NCBI GenBank assembly: GCA_946500425.1
Contig: CAMMVQ010000003.1
Coordinates: 524 to 64,523 of the forward strand
Direction: 5' to 3'
Length of the DNA stretch: 64,000 bases
Source: an uncultured Mollicutes bacterium
GTDB taxonomy: Bacteria > Bacillota_I > Bacilli_A > RF39 > UBA660
The position numbers were made by a program, and so were the translations under genes. The notes under the pieces were generated by a model that was not told the origin of the DNA, made no database searches, and worked only from the letters and a program-made list of their open reading frames with translations. Below are positions 10,423 through 20,202 of the stretch, in pieces. Within the stretch, counting starts at the first letter, position 1. Each line of letters begins with the position of its first letter.

Positions 10423-11248
10423 CATAATAAGTGGAACGGAAGCTAGTAAGGTGCTTCGCGGAAGAATCCGAATGCAAATTGAAAAAGAACGTATAGCACC
10501 ATCACTAGTGGTGATTCAAGTGGGAGATAATAAAGCAAGTAACATATACATAAGAAATAAGAAGAAGGCTTGTGAAGAAGTTGGAATTAAGTTTGAACTC
10601 ATAAAATTTAATGAAACAATTAGTGAGGATGTTGTTATAAACGAAATAAAAAGATTGAACGAAGATGCTTTGGTAAACGGAATATTGGTTCAGCTTCCTT
10701 TACCAAGCGGATTCGACGAAGGAAAAATAATAAATACCATAAAGCCCGTAAAGGACGTTGATGGTTTGACTTATGAGAACGTGGGTAACTTGGTTTTAGA
10801 AAACGAGTGTTTGGTCCCTTGCACGCCGCTTGCCGTAATGGAATTATTAAAAATGTACAACGTTAATTTATCGCGTAAAAACGTATGCTTAATAGGAAGA
10901 AGTAACCTTGTTGGCAAACCGTTAATTCAGCTTCTGCTTAAACAGGACGCAACCGTTACCATTTGTCATTCTAAGAGTATCGACATAAAGAACTATACGA
11001 AGATGGCCGACGTTGTAATTGTCGCGGCCGGGCATCCGAATCTTGTTACCAAAGATATGGTTAAAGATGGTGTGGTTGTAATTGACGTTGGAATAAATAA
11101 GGAAAATGATGTTTTGTGTGGTGACGTTGCCTTTGATGAGGTAAGTAAGAAAGCGTCACTTATAACTCCTGTTCCGGGTGGCGTTGGTCCGATGACCGTT
11201 GCCTGTCTTTTAAAGAACACTTTGAAGGCGTATGAAATTCAAAACTAG
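10415..11248 (+). CDS. folD: Bifunctional methylenetetrahydrofolate dehydrogenase/cyclohydrolase
   Basis: [23 protein letters not shown] and [20 protein letters not shown] precedes ATG 10415. Overlaps the glyA stop by 8 nt. Confidence 0.95.
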   Translation: MNNIISGTEASKVLRGRIRMQIEKERIAPSLVVIQVGDNKASNIYIRNKKKACEEVGIKFELIKFNETISEDVVINEIKRLNEDALVNGILVQLPLPSGFDEGKIINTIKPVKDVDGLTYENVGNLVLENECLVPCTPLAVMELLKMYNVNLSRKNVCLIGRSNLVGKPLIQLLLKQDATVTICHSKSIDIKNYTKMADVVIVAAGHPNLVTKDMVKDGVVVIDVGINKENDVLCGDVAFDEVSKKASLITPVPGGVGPMTVACLLKNTLKAYEIQN

Positions 11249-11259
11249 CGAGATAAAAC

Positions 11260-11535
11260 ATGAAAACTGCGTTAGATGATGTTTTTTCTTCTAGTTTGCC
11301 AGCACTTGATTTGCATGGTGAAATAAGAGACTCCGCGAGAGTGTTAATAAACGAATTTATAAATGATAATTATATTTTAAGAAACGATAAGATAGTAATT
11401 ATTCATGGTGTTGGAACAGGAGCGTTAAAAGAAGAGACGACGGAGATTTTAAAAAGAAATAAGTACGTATTAGAATATCACGTTAATCATTTTAATGTCG
11501 GCTGTACTTTGGTATATTTAAGAAAAAGAGATTAA
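11260..11535 (+). CDS. Smr (small MutS-related) domain protein
   Basis: LDLHG and HGVGTGALK motifs; 91 aa. Confidence 0.8.
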   Translation: MKTALDDVFSSSLPALDLHGEIRDSARVLINEFINDNYILRNDKIVIIHGVGTGALKEETTEILKRNKYVLEYHVNHFNVGCTLVYLRKRD

Positions 11536-11725
11536 TATAAAAGGATTAATCTTTTTTTAAAAGTAATGACACGTGATTTTTAGTTGAATCTTTCTTTAAA
11601 AACTATTATTAACTCGAAATAAAATCCATCAACAAGGTTGTTAAGGGTAATACAAGTACTTTAAAAATAAAATAAATACATATTATAATTAATAATAGGA
11701 AAACTAGGTAGTAAGGAGATGTATA

Positions 11726-12955
11726 ATGAAATTAACGAGTCAAAAAAAGATAATAGTAGGAGCATTAGCATTAGTATTATCACTAATGGTAGGGTTTGCT
11801 ATCTTTAGTGAAAGTTTAAACATAAATGGAAGCGCTTCTACCGGAAGTAGTAATTTTAACATAATCTTTAGCAAGGTGAACGGAATAACCGAAAAGGGAA
11901 GTAGTGGTTCTACTGCTGATATATCAGTAGATAAAAAAACGTTAACCGTAACGGTACCACGTTTAGAGTATCCGACTAGCTATGCAGAATTTGATGTTAC
12001 GATAAAAAATGAAGGAGAAATAAATGCCGTTTTAAAAGGAATAGAGACTCAGGGGTTAGATAATCCAGATATAAAAGTAACGTATGGTGGTATAACCCAA
12101 GATGAGGTGCTAGGAGCGGGCCAAGAAAAGAACATGAAGATAAAAGTGACTTGGGATGAAAATTCGACTGCAACAAGCGCGAACGCTTCATTTACGATAA
12201 CGATAACGTATGAACAAGATGTATCAGGTGGTGAAGTGACTAATCCACCGTCTCCATCACAAAGTGATTTATTCGTTTGGGACAGTGAAACGGTAATATC
12301 AGGATTGTCAGAAAAAGGAATAGAAGAGGTAAAGGCTAACGACGGACATCTAGAAATACCGGAAGGAGTAACTGAAATAGCGAGTGCGGACGTAGACATA
12401 ACAATGGGAAAAATGAATTTTGACAAAGGATTTTCACCGTTTAAGATTGGAAATATGTCAATGACTGATCCGGATCTTTATCAAAAGCTAACGGACCCAG
12501 AAATAAACATAGTAAAGAGCGTAAGCTTTCCATCTACATTAAAGAAAATAGGAACGGGAGCGTTCATGTACTGCATGTATTTAACTGAAGTGAATTTGCC
12601 AGAAAACTTGGAAGAAATAGGAGATTACTCATTTACAACCGCTGGAATTACTGGAGATTTAACAATACCTAATAAAGTAAAACTTATAGGAAACATGTCG
12701 TTTTATAATACTAAGATTACATCATTAACTCTAGGTAATAGCATTAATACCATTGAAAGTTGTGCTTTTGGTGGTTGCCGAGAGTTATCAGGAGAATTAT
12801 ACATACCAGATAGTGTTGTTACCATAGGAGCTGGAGCTTTTGTTTTGGATGGTTCTCCAGTTAACAACAAAGTAACAAGTATATCTATAGGTAAAAATAC
12901 AAGGTATGAAGGAGATGCTTTTGGAAGCAGGCCAACACCAACCGTAAGGGACTAA
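11726..12955 (+). CDS. Surface protein with a SipW/TasA-like N-terminal signal, a beta-rich middle domain and a BspA-type leucine-rich repeat (LRR_5) C-terminus
   Basis: The N-terminus ...LVLSLMVGFAIFSESLNINGSAST resembles camelysin/TasA leaders (GGGTFAFFSD...). The C-terminus carries repeated P(E/S)xVxxIGxxAF units (IPEGVTEIAS, FPSTLKKIGTGAF, LPENLEEIGDYSF, IPDSVVTIGAGAF). RBS AAGGAG. Confidence 0.75.
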   Translation: MKLTSQKKIIVGALALVLSLMVGFAIFSESLNINGSASTGSSNFNIIFSKVNGITEKGSSGSTADISVDKKTLTVTVPRLEYPTSYAEFDVTIKNEGEINAVLKGIETQGLDNPDIKVTYGGITQDEVLGAGQEKNMKIKVTWDENSTATSANASFTITITYEQDVSGGEVTNPPSPSQSDLFVWDSETVISGLSEKGIEEVKANDGHLEIPEGVTEIASADVDITMGKMNFDKGFSPFKIGNMSMTDPDLYQKLTDPEINIVKSVSFPSTLKKIGTGAFMYCMYLTEVNLPENLEEIGDYSFTTAGITGDLTIPNKVKLIGNMSFYNTKITSLTLGNSINTIESCAFGGCRELSGELYIPDSVVTIGAGAFVLDGSPVNNKVTSISIGKNTRYEGDAFGSRPTPTVRD

Positions 12956-12969
12956 TTTAGTCCCTTTTT
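12946..12969 (+). terminator. Intrinsic terminator overlapping the stop codon
   Basis: Stem AAGGGACTA/TAGTCCCTT followed by TTTTT. Confidence 0.75.
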
Positions 12970-13032
12970 CATTTATTTTGTTGCTTTAATCCGTAAAATA
13001 GATTAAAATAAAACTTAAGGAAGGTGATGACC

Positions 13033-14331
13033 ATGAAGGAAATAAACGTTTTACCCGCTGATACTTTTGTGGTTGTTAATCGTACGATACTAAATGAAAA
13101 TGACAGAAAAATAATTAGTATGCTTTATCAGCCTATAATAGGGAGTATAGCGACTAGTTTATATTATACTTTATGGGCTGATTTGGATAAAACAGAGTTG
13201 TTAAGTAGTGAATATACTCACCATCATTTAATGACTAGTTTAAGGATTAAGATGGATGCCATCATAATTGCAAGAAAGAAATTAGAAGCGATAGGATTAT
13301 TAAAGACTTTTGTTAAAAAAGGAAACGTTAATTCATATGTTTACGAAATATTTTCTCCTATTTCTGCTTCTGAATTCTTTAATCATCCAATATTAAATGT
13401 TGTGTTATACAATAACGTTGGTAAAAAAGAATATGAGAAATTACTTGAGTATTTTAAGGTTCCAAAAATAAACTTATCCACTTATGAAGAATTAACCAGT
13501 AATTTTGATGATGTCTTTGAAAGTCTACCAGGAACCGCTTATGATAATTTAAACGAAGATTTAAGGGTTAACAAAACGGGGCAGATAAAACTAGATCATT
13601 CGTTTGACTTTGATTTGCTTATTTCTTCGGTTCCTAACGGAGTTATAACTAGTCGTACCTTTAGTAGGGAAGTTAAGGAATTAATTAACAATTTATCTTT
13701 TGTTTATAATTTAGATGCGCTTGAAATGAAAGGACCAATATTAAGTTCAATTAAGGAAAATGGTCTAATTGATAAGGTGGCTTTGAGAAAGAACGTTAAA
13801 AACTATTATAAGTATGAAAATGAAAATAAGTTACCTTCGCTCGTTTATAAAAGTCAGCCGGAATATTTAAAAAATCCGGTTGGTGGTGATGATAAAAGGG
13901 CTAAAATGATTTACGTTTTTGAAAATACTACCCCATATAATTTTCTTAGGGGAAGAAGTAATGGTGCTAAACCTTCGGCTAGAGACTTATCAATTCTTGA
14001 GTCACTTTTAAATGATTTTAAGCTTAATCCTGGAGTAGTAAACGTTTTGATTGATTACGTATTAAAGATTAATAATCGTAAGCTTACGCGAGCTTTTTTG
14101 GAGACCATAGCATCTCAGTGGAAAAGACTTAACGTTGAAACGGTTGAAGAGGCCATGAAAGTGGCGGAAAAAGAACATAAACGGTTAAAGAAAAACGCCA
14201 CCACGGTTAATAGCATTAGAAGTATTAAGGATGAAAATATTCCTGATTGGTTTAATCAAAACGTTGAAAAAGAAAAAATTAGTGATGAAGACGAAAAATC
14301 AATTAGGGAAATGATTAAGGAATTTTCTTAA
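13033..14331 (+). CDS. dnaB: Replication initiation and membrane attachment protein (B. subtilis DnaB-type helicase loader, not the replicative helicase)
   Basis: The N-terminal LYQPIIGSIATSLYYTLW aligns from memory with B. subtilis DnaB LYQPLIGPVAFSLYMTLW. It is followed by dnaI, as in Bacillus. Start is ATG 13033 after AAGGAAGGTGA. Confidence 0.8.
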   Translation: MKEINVLPADTFVVVNRTILNENDRKIISMLYQPIIGSIATSLYYTLWADLDKTELLSSEYTHHHLMTSLRIKMDAIIIARKKLEAIGLLKTFVKKGNVNSYVYEIFSPISASEFFNHPILNVVLYNNVGKKEYEKLLEYFKVPKINLSTYEELTSNFDDVFESLPGTAYDNLNEDLRVNKTGQIKLDHSFDFDLLISSVPNGVITSRTFSREVKELINNLSFVYNLDALEMKGPILSSIKENGLIDKVALRKNVKNYYKYENENKLPSLVYKSQPEYLKNPVGGDDKRAKMIYVFENTTPYNFLRGRSNGAKPSARDLSILESLLNDFKLNPGVVNVLIDYVLKINNRKLTRAFLETIASQWKRLNVETVEEAMKVAEKEHKRLKKNATTVNSIRSIKDENIPDWFNQNVEKEKISDEDEKSIREMIKEFS

Positions 14332-14349
14332 ACGTTTTAGAGGTGTAAA

Positions 14350-15279
14350 ATGAAGAACATAAATCAATTAATAAATAAGGATAAGAAAGATTTAAATTAT
14401 AAGCTTAAATTGGCTTTTGATGAGGCTAAAAAAAATGACGATGTAAAAGAAGTAATAAACATGGTTAACATGCCCGAAGAAGAACTTATTAAACATACTT
14501 CTTTTTTTGAAGAAGCTGCTAAAGAGTATAAGAATTGTAAACGTTGTCCAGGACTTGCGGCCTGTAAAAATTCTATTAATGGTTTTTGTTATTTGCCAGT
14601 TGTAAATAATGATAAATTATCATTTTCTTACGTTTCTTGCAAGTATAAAAACGCTTATTTAAAAGAAAATAAGTATTTAAGTAACGTACTTAGTATCAAC
14701 GTTCCAAAAGAAATTAGGGAAGCTAAAATAAAATGTATTTACACGGATGATAAAAATAGAGCAGAAACCATTAAATGGATTTTAAACTATATAAAAGAAT
14801 ATAGAAACGGTAGCGTTAATAAAGGCTTGTTTCTTCATGGTAACTTTGGGTGTGGAAAAACTTATCTTTTAGCGGCCATGTTTAACGAACTTGCTAAAGA
14901 AGGAGTAAAATGTGTTATTGTTTACTGGCCAGAGTATTTAAGAGAATTAAAATCTAGTTTCCAATCAAATAATTCTAATGAATTTAAAGAAAAGTTTAAC
15001 GACGTTAAGTATGCTAAGTTACTTTTGATTGATGATTTAGGCGCCGAGGGCGTTACCACTTGGAGTCGTGACGAAATACTAGGAACCATATTACAGTACA
15101 GAATGCAAGAGAACTTACCAACTTTTATTACTTCTAATTTTAATTTGAAAGAATTAGAAGAACATTTAAGCATAACTGCTTCTAACCGTTCTGAAAAGGT
15201 AAAAGCGGTAAGAATAATAGAAAGAATAAAACAACTAACCACCGACATGACGATGGTTAGCAAAAATAATCGTAATTAA
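14350..15279 (+). CDS. dnaI: Primosomal helicase loader DnaI
   Basis: Walker A GNFGCGKT, Walker B LLLIDDLGAE, and an N-terminal Cys cluster CKRCPGLAAC. Confidence 0.85.
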   Translation: MKNINQLINKDKKDLNYKLKLAFDEAKKNDDVKEVINMVNMPEEELIKHTSFFEEAAKEYKNCKRCPGLAACKNSINGFCYLPVVNNDKLSFSYVSCKYKNAYLKENKYLSNVLSINVPKEIREAKIKCIYTDDKNRAETIKWILNYIKEYRNGSVNKGLFLHGNFGCGKTYLLAAMFNELAKEGVKCVIVYWPEYLRELKSSFQSNNSNEFKEKFNDVKYAKLLLIDDLGAEGVTTWSRDEILGTILQYRMQENLPTFITSNFNLKELEEHLSITASNRSEKVKAVRIIERIKQLTTDMTMVSKNNRN

Positions 15280-15308
15280 AAATACAAAGGACTAGACTTT
15301 GTATTTTT
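15279..15308. terminator. Bidirectional terminator between convergent dnaI and the 15313 gene
   Basis: Stem AAAATACAAAG/CTTTGTATTTT with a 7-nt loop; A/T runs on both sides. Confidence 0.75.
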
Positions 15309-15312
15309 AATT

Positions 15313-16971
15313 TTATTCAAACAGGAAGTTTTTAAAATCGTATTTCATTATTCTGTAAGTAAATCGTTCGGCATCGTACGAGTACTTTCTAATTAGTTTT
15401 CCTTCTTCATCGTACTCGCTAAATGATTTGTTTTTTCCTGAAGATATTAAAATATTATCACTTAATATTTGTATGTTACTAACGATTGATGAGTAGTCTG
15501 TATCTATTTTATCTACTAATTCATAAGTTTTATCTTTTTCGTTTACTAAGTATTTATAATACATTGATTTTTCTCCGTCGTTGTAGCTACCAACACCTTC
15601 AAACCCTGACCAATCAAAGTCCGTTCTTGTTTGGCTTTCTCCATAATTATTGTTATAAATTATAAGGTAATACGTTTCATCAGCGTCATTTTCGTTATCA
15701 AAGAACTGAACTGAGTGTTGTCCAGCTTGAGACGTAAAGTTTCCTTTTTTAGTATAACTATACTTTTCTAAACTACTATCTTTTAATAATGCTTTATCCC
15801 CAATAACGTATTTTATTGATGGGTTATCGTATATGTTTTTAAACGCTATTAAGGTGCTTAGTTCTCTTGAAGATACTATTATTCCGTCATTAGTAAAGTC
15901 TATGGCGTTAAGGTGAACCCAGTCTAGTTCATCACCACCATAAGTGTTTCCGTCTTCTGGAACGATAGCTTTTTCATAAAAATCATTGATATAATTTTTC
16001 ATGTCTATTAAAACTTTTTGAGTATTTGTTTTTATATCATATTCTAATACTATATCTTCTATTGTATCTCCATTATCCTCATCAACTAAGGTGATTATCT
16101 TTTCGTTTTCTTCATCGTAGATAAAATCATGATGCATTGAATAATCTTTAATGTGATATGTTTTTGTTACCATTCCTAAATTATTTACCAAGGCAAAATC
16201 TTTTTCAGAGTAGTTGTAAAGTAGTTCGTTTTCTAATTGGATTATTTTATCTGTCCGGTATGAGTTTACTGGTATTTGTCCTCTTAAGGTACCATCGTTA
16301 TCATACAAGTATACGTCTGAATAATTATCATAGCCAAGCATCGTGTAAAGACCATCACTTAATTTACTTGGGCTCTGGTTATTTGTTATCGTTAGATTGA
16401 TGGGAGCTTTTTTTGATAAACTTGGCGTGTTAATTATTAATTCGTTTGTTCTTATTAGATTATTATCTTGATCTTTTAAGTTTAATGTTATTTTGTTTTC
16501 TTTACCTGGAACTAGTCCGATTATTTGATAGGCATAGTTACCATCTTGTACGTTATTTGCGTTAAGTAATGATTTGGTGAAATTGGCATTACCATCACTT
16601 GCGATGGTGTATGATACGTGATAACCTTCTTCCTCGGCAAAATAAATGTTTAATGAGTAATTATTAGTGCCATAAGCGTTGTATATTATTAATGGGTTAT
16701 CAAAGCTATAATCATCATTGTTTAACTTGTTTATTTTATTATTTACAACGGTTTGATAAACTTCATTATAAATATCTATTTCACTATCTTTTTTTACTTC
16801 ATAAATATTTTTTCCTAGTTTGTTATTAATTTTAATGGTAACGTTTTTATTTAGCCATGACTCGTTATACTTTAGTTTACCATCATTTTTAAAGATTATT
16901 ATTGTTACTATTAAAACTAATAAAGTTATTAATAATATTACACTTAACACTATTATGTTTTTCCTTTTCAT
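15313..16971 (-). CDS. Membrane-anchored arylsulfotransferase (ASST)-family beta-propeller protein (assignment tentative)
   Basis: N-terminal TM helix. The motifs SMHHDF and ELDWVHLNA resemble the ASST family (from memory). Confidence 0.55.
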   Translation of the reverse strand: MKRKNIIVLSVILLITLLVLIVTIIIFKNDGKLKYNESWLNKNVTIKINNKLGKNIYEVKKDSEIDIYNEVYQTVVNNKINKLNNDDYSFDNPLIIYNAYGTNNYSLNIYFAEEEGYHVSYTIASDGNANFTKSLLNANNVQDGNYAYQIIGLVPGKENKITLNLKDQDNNLIRTNELIINTPSLSKKAPINLTITNNQSPSKLSDGLYTMLGYDNYSDVYLYDNDGTLRGQIPVNSYRTDKIIQLENELLYNYSEKDFALVNNLGMVTKTYHIKDYSMHHDFIYDEENEKIITLVDEDNGDTIEDIVLEYDIKTNTQKVLIDMKNYINDFYEKAIVPEDGNTYGGDELDWVHLNAIDFTNDGIIVSSRELSTLIAFKNIYDNPSIKYVIGDKALLKDSSLEKYSYTKKGNFTSQAGQHSVQFFDNENDADETYYLIIYNNNYGESQTRTDFDWSGFEGVGSYNDGEKSMYYKYLVNEKDKTYELVDKIDTDYSSIVSNIQILSDNILISSGKNKSFSEYDEEGKLIRKYSYDAERFTYRIMKYDFKNFLFE

Positions 16972-17065
16972 TATTATCTCCTTTATATAAGAATAAATAA
17001 ACTTTGTGTAAAAAATATGTGATTTATTATTTTATTTTAACCATTAATGGATTGTTTATGTTTTG

Positions 17066-17094
17066 TTGACGAAACGTTTTATTTGTGCTAGAAT
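17066..17094 (+). promoter_or_regulatory. Sigma-A promoter of the T-box leader
   Basis: TTGACG (17066-17071), 17-nt spacer, TGcTAGAAT (-10 at 17089-17094). Confidence 0.7.
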
Positions 17095-17100
17095 TAACTT

Positions 17101-17304
17101 ATTAAATGTGATGAAAAGGACACGGCTATAAGGAACATTAAAAGAGAGTTAGTGGTAGGTGAAAACTAATTAATGAAACTTATGGTTACCGCCTTGGAGC
17201 AGAACTCGAAAGATGTTTCCGTGTTTAAAAGCACGTTATCAAATTAAGTGAAAGGTAAGGATGGTACCGTGCTAGAAGCACTCCTTTTTAGGAGCGCTTT
17301 TTTG
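17101..17304 (+). promoter_or_regulatory. T-box riboswitch leader, probably threonine-specific
   Basis: GA/K-turn-like GTGATGA and the AG bay AAGAGAG. The distal stem TTAGT-GGTAGGTGAAA-ACTAA is also present. T-box sequence AAGGATGGTACCGTGC (17257-17272) matches the consensus ..GGTGGTACCGCG. Terminator AAGCACTCC/GGAGCGCTT plus TTTTTT lies at 17276-17304. Thr codons ACU (17178-17180) and ACC (17188-17190) lie on the 3' side of Stem I. Confidence 0.8.
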
Positions 17305-17323
17305 TTTGAAAGAGGGTGTTTAA

Positions 17324-18091
17324 ATGAAAGATAAATGGAAATTAGCCTTAAAAGAGTTTTTGAAAAAGTATGAAGATGATGATTCGGTTGTTGGTGCAAT
17401 TTTGTTTGGTAGCTACGCAACAGGTAATCAAAACGAATATTCTGATATTGATGTTTATTTGGTTTTGAAAAATGATGTGAATTATCAAGAAAGAGGAAAC
17501 GTTGATTCAAATAGTTACTTAATAGAGTATTTTATGAGTCCCGTATGGAAAATAAAGAAATATATGGAAGAAGAGTTTAATGACAATGATTTATGCACCG
17601 CTAATATGTTTGCGTACGGAAAAATAATCTATGATTTAGATGGTAGTGTTAAAGAACTTCAGGATAAAGCCTTAGAATATATTGATAAGCCGCTTAATAA
17701 CATTAAGTCCGAAAAATTAAGCATGAATAACTACTTCTTATGGAATTATTTAGATGAATTGAAGCTGTGTTTAAAAGAGAATAATCCACAATTTAACTTA
17801 ATATATTATAACGCGTTAAAAAACGTATACGAGGCTTATTCAGAATACCTAAGTATTCCAAAGTTACCATTAACTAAGATATATAAGATATTAACGGATG
17901 AATCTTTTAGAAGAAAACACCATGTATTTAAACTTCCAGAAGATGAATTTATTAAACTATATACAAGATGCTTTGAGATGGATAAACCAGATAGAATGTA
18001 TAAAAACATTGAAGAATTAATAAATTATTATTATAAAAAGCAAGGTGGATTTAACATTAGAAATTTTGTGTTAAAAGAAAAATATGATTAA
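17324..18091 (+). CDS. Nucleotidyltransferase-domain protein (Pol-beta superfamily; KNTase/ANT-like architecture, 255 aa)
   Basis: Motif GAILFGSYATGNQNEYSDIDVYLVL (G-S-x10-D-x-D) followed by a helical C-terminal domain. RBS AGAGGGTG. This is the first gene after the T-box terminator. Confidence 0.8.
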   Translation: MKDKWKLALKEFLKKYEDDDSVVGAILFGSYATGNQNEYSDIDVYLVLKNDVNYQERGNVDSNSYLIEYFMSPVWKIKKYMEEEFNDNDLCTANMFAYGKIIYDLDGSVKELQDKALEYIDKPLNNIKSEKLSMNNYFLWNYLDELKLCLKENNPQFNLIYYNALKNVYEAYSEYLSIPKLPLTKIYKILTDESFRRKHHVFKLPEDEFIKLYTRCFEMDKPDRMYKNIEELINYYYKKQGGFNIRNFVLKEKYD

Positions 18092-18117
18092 TGTTTATAT
18101 AAAAATTAGGGGGAAAT

Positions 18118-18375
18118 ATGTTATCAGATGATTTAATAAGATATTTAGATGATAAAAACGTTGCTAAGGAGAAAAAGTACGTTTTAATTAGAAGGCTAGA
18201 TTTAAGTTATAGTGATTATCTTAACCTTCTTAATAGGTATAAGGGTGATGCAATTTATCCTACGATTCACTCATTATTTTTTGATAATTACTTAATCAAA
18301 AGAGAAGAAACACAAAGAAGAAAGGGTGAAAAAGTTAAGAAATTTAAGAAAACAAGGAGGAAAAAATATGATTAA
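18118..18375 (+). CDS. Small hypothetical protein (85 aa) with a strongly basic C-terminal tail
   Basis: RBS GGGGG before the ATG. The tail is [19 protein letters not shown]. Its 3' end overlaps the thrS RBS and start by 8 nt. Confidence 0.5.
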   Translation: MLSDDLIRYLDDKNVAKEKKYVLIRRLDLSYSDYLNLLNRYKGDAIYPTIHSLFFDNYLIKREETQRRKGEKVKKFKKTRRKKYD

Positions 18376-20137
18376 CATAAAAGAAGATGAAAAGTTAAAC
18401 GAACTTAACCACTCTTGTGCACATTTAATGGCACAAGCGGTAAAACATTTGTATCCAGAAGCTAAATTCTGGGTAGGGCCAGTAATAGAGGATGGCTTTT
18501 ACTATGACATCGATTTAGGGGATAAAACTTTAACGGATGAGGATTTGCCTAAAATAGAAAAAGAAATGAAAAAAATTGCCAAGGATGGAAAAAGAATAAC
18601 AAGACATGAGATTTCTAAAGAAGAAGCACTTGAAATGTTTAAAGACGATCCATATAAAATTGATTTAATAGAAAGAATGAATCCTAATGACACGGTAATA
18701 TCTTGCTATACGCAAGGTGATTTTACCGACCTTTGCAGGGGACCTCACGTAGATACCGTAAAGAAGTTAAAATACTTTAAACTCTTAAAACATTCTGGTG
18801 CGTACTGGAAAGGTGACGCTAAGAATAAGATGCTTCAAAGAATCTATGGAATTTGTTTTGAAAATGAAGAGGATTTAAATAAACATTTAGAAGAGTTAGA
18901 AGAAAGAAAACAAAGAGACCATAGAAAAATTGGAAAAGAACAAGAACTATTCATGAATCATGAACTAGTTGGAGCGGGAATGCCTCTTTGGCTTCCTAAT
19001 GGTGCTGTAGTACGTAAGGAACTAGAAAATTATATATATGAAAAAGAAAGAAAGATGGGGTATGAGCACGTTTATACACCATGCGTTGGTACGGTTGATT
19101 TGTATAAGACATCAGGTCACTGGGATCATTATAAAGAAAACATGTTTCCTTCAATGAAAGTTGATGATGAGGAATTTGTTTTAAGACCAATGAACTGTCC
19201 ACACCATATGCTTGTTTATAAAAATAAGCTTCATTCATATAAGGAACTTCCTATTAGAATAGGAGAGTTTGCAACGGACTTTAGATATGAAGCATCAGGT
19301 GCGGTAAAGGGACTAGAACGTGTTAGATGCATGTGCCAAAATGATGCTCACTTGTTTGTTACACCAGAACAAATAGGCGATGAATTTAAACGAGTTGTTA
19401 GTTTGATTCTTGACGTTTATAAAGATTTTGGCATTAAAGATTATAAGTTTAGGCTTTCGCTTAGAGATCCAGAAGATAAAGAAAAGTACTTTGATGATGA
19501 TGAAATGTGGAATAATGCTGAAAATAAACTAAGAGAAGTTTTAAATGAACTAGGTGTTAGTTATTTTGAAGCAATTGGAGAAGCTGCATTTTACGGTCCT
19601 AAATTAGACGTTGAAGTAAAACCGGCGGTTGGACCAGACGTTACGTTGTCAACTTGTCAATTAGATTTTTTGCTTCCAAGACGTTTTGATTTATCTTACG
19701 TTGATAACAAGGGAGAAAAAAGAACTCCGGTAGTGCTTCATAGGGCGATATTCGGAACGTTTGATAGGTTTACTGCCTTTTTGATAGAAGAAACTAAAGG
19801 CGCTTTTCCAACTTGGCTTGCACCGATACAAGTAAGTGTGATACCAGTTAACAATAACTATCATTTAGAGTATGCAACTAACGTTTATAACGAATTAAAA
19901 GAAAAAGGAGTTAGGGTAGAACTAGATGATAGGGAAGAAAAATTATCTTATAAGATGAGAGAGGCTCAAACTAAAAAGATTCCTATTATCCTTATATTAG
20001 GAGATAAGGAAAAAGATGGAAATCTTGTGAGCTATCGAAGGCATGGCTCTAATAAAACCTATTCGGTTGATAAGGATATGTTTGTAGAACTACTTATTAA
20101 CGAAATAAAAAACAAAAGAAGCAAAAGCGAAGAATAA
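18368..20137 (+). CDS. thrS: Threonyl-tRNA synthetase lacking the N-terminal TGS domain
   Basis: [11 protein letters not shown] (editing domain), RPMNCPHH and the class II core. AGGAGG precedes ATG 18368. The protein begins about 15 aa before the HSCAH motif, so the TGS domain is absent. Confidence 0.95.
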   Translation: MINIKEDEKLNELNHSCAHLMAQAVKHLYPEAKFWVGPVIEDGFYYDIDLGDKTLTDEDLPKIEKEMKKIAKDGKRITRHEISKEEALEMFKDDPYKIDLIERMNPNDTVISCYTQGDFTDLCRGPHVDTVKKLKYFKLLKHSGAYWKGDAKNKMLQRIYGICFENEEDLNKHLEELEERKQRDHRKIGKEQELFMNHELVGAGMPLWLPNGAVVRKELENYIYEKERKMGYEHVYTPCVGTVDLYKTSGHWDHYKENMFPSMKVDDEEFVLRPMNCPHHMLVYKNKLHSYKELPIRIGEFATDFRYEASGAVKGLERVRCMCQNDAHLFVTPEQIGDEFKRVVSLILDVYKDFGIKDYKFRLSLRDPEDKEKYFDDDEMWNNAENKLREVLNELGVSYFEAIGEAAFYGPKLDVEVKPAVGPDVTLSTCQLDFLLPRRFDLSYVDNKGEKRTPVVLHRAIFGTFDRFTAFLIEETKGAFPTWLAPIQVSVIPVNNNYHLEYATNVYNELKEKGVRVELDDREEKLSYKMREAQTKKIPIILILGDKEKDGNLVSYRRHGSNKTYSVDKDMFVELLINEIKNKRSKSEE

Positions 20138-20149
20138 ATATTATTAAAA

Positions 20150-20182
20150 AAATAACAAGTGATTTAAAAACTTGTTATTTTT
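20150..20182. terminator. Bidirectional terminator between thrS and the convergent HAD gene
   Basis: Stem AAATAACAAG/CTTGTTATTT with an 11-nt loop, then a T-run. Confidence 0.7.
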
Positions 20183-20202
20183 ATATTTAATGATTAATAA
20201 AC

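Noticed and set aside
12049-12426. Long antisense ORFs inside real genes
   Set aside because: The affected ORFs are 12049-12426, 14922-15263, 35175-35528, 44564-44923, 5372-5671, 39803-40081, 49848-50120 and 55278-55559. All lie fully within, and antisense to, genes with strong motif support. None has a convincing RBS or a recognisable motif. They are typical shadow ORFs.
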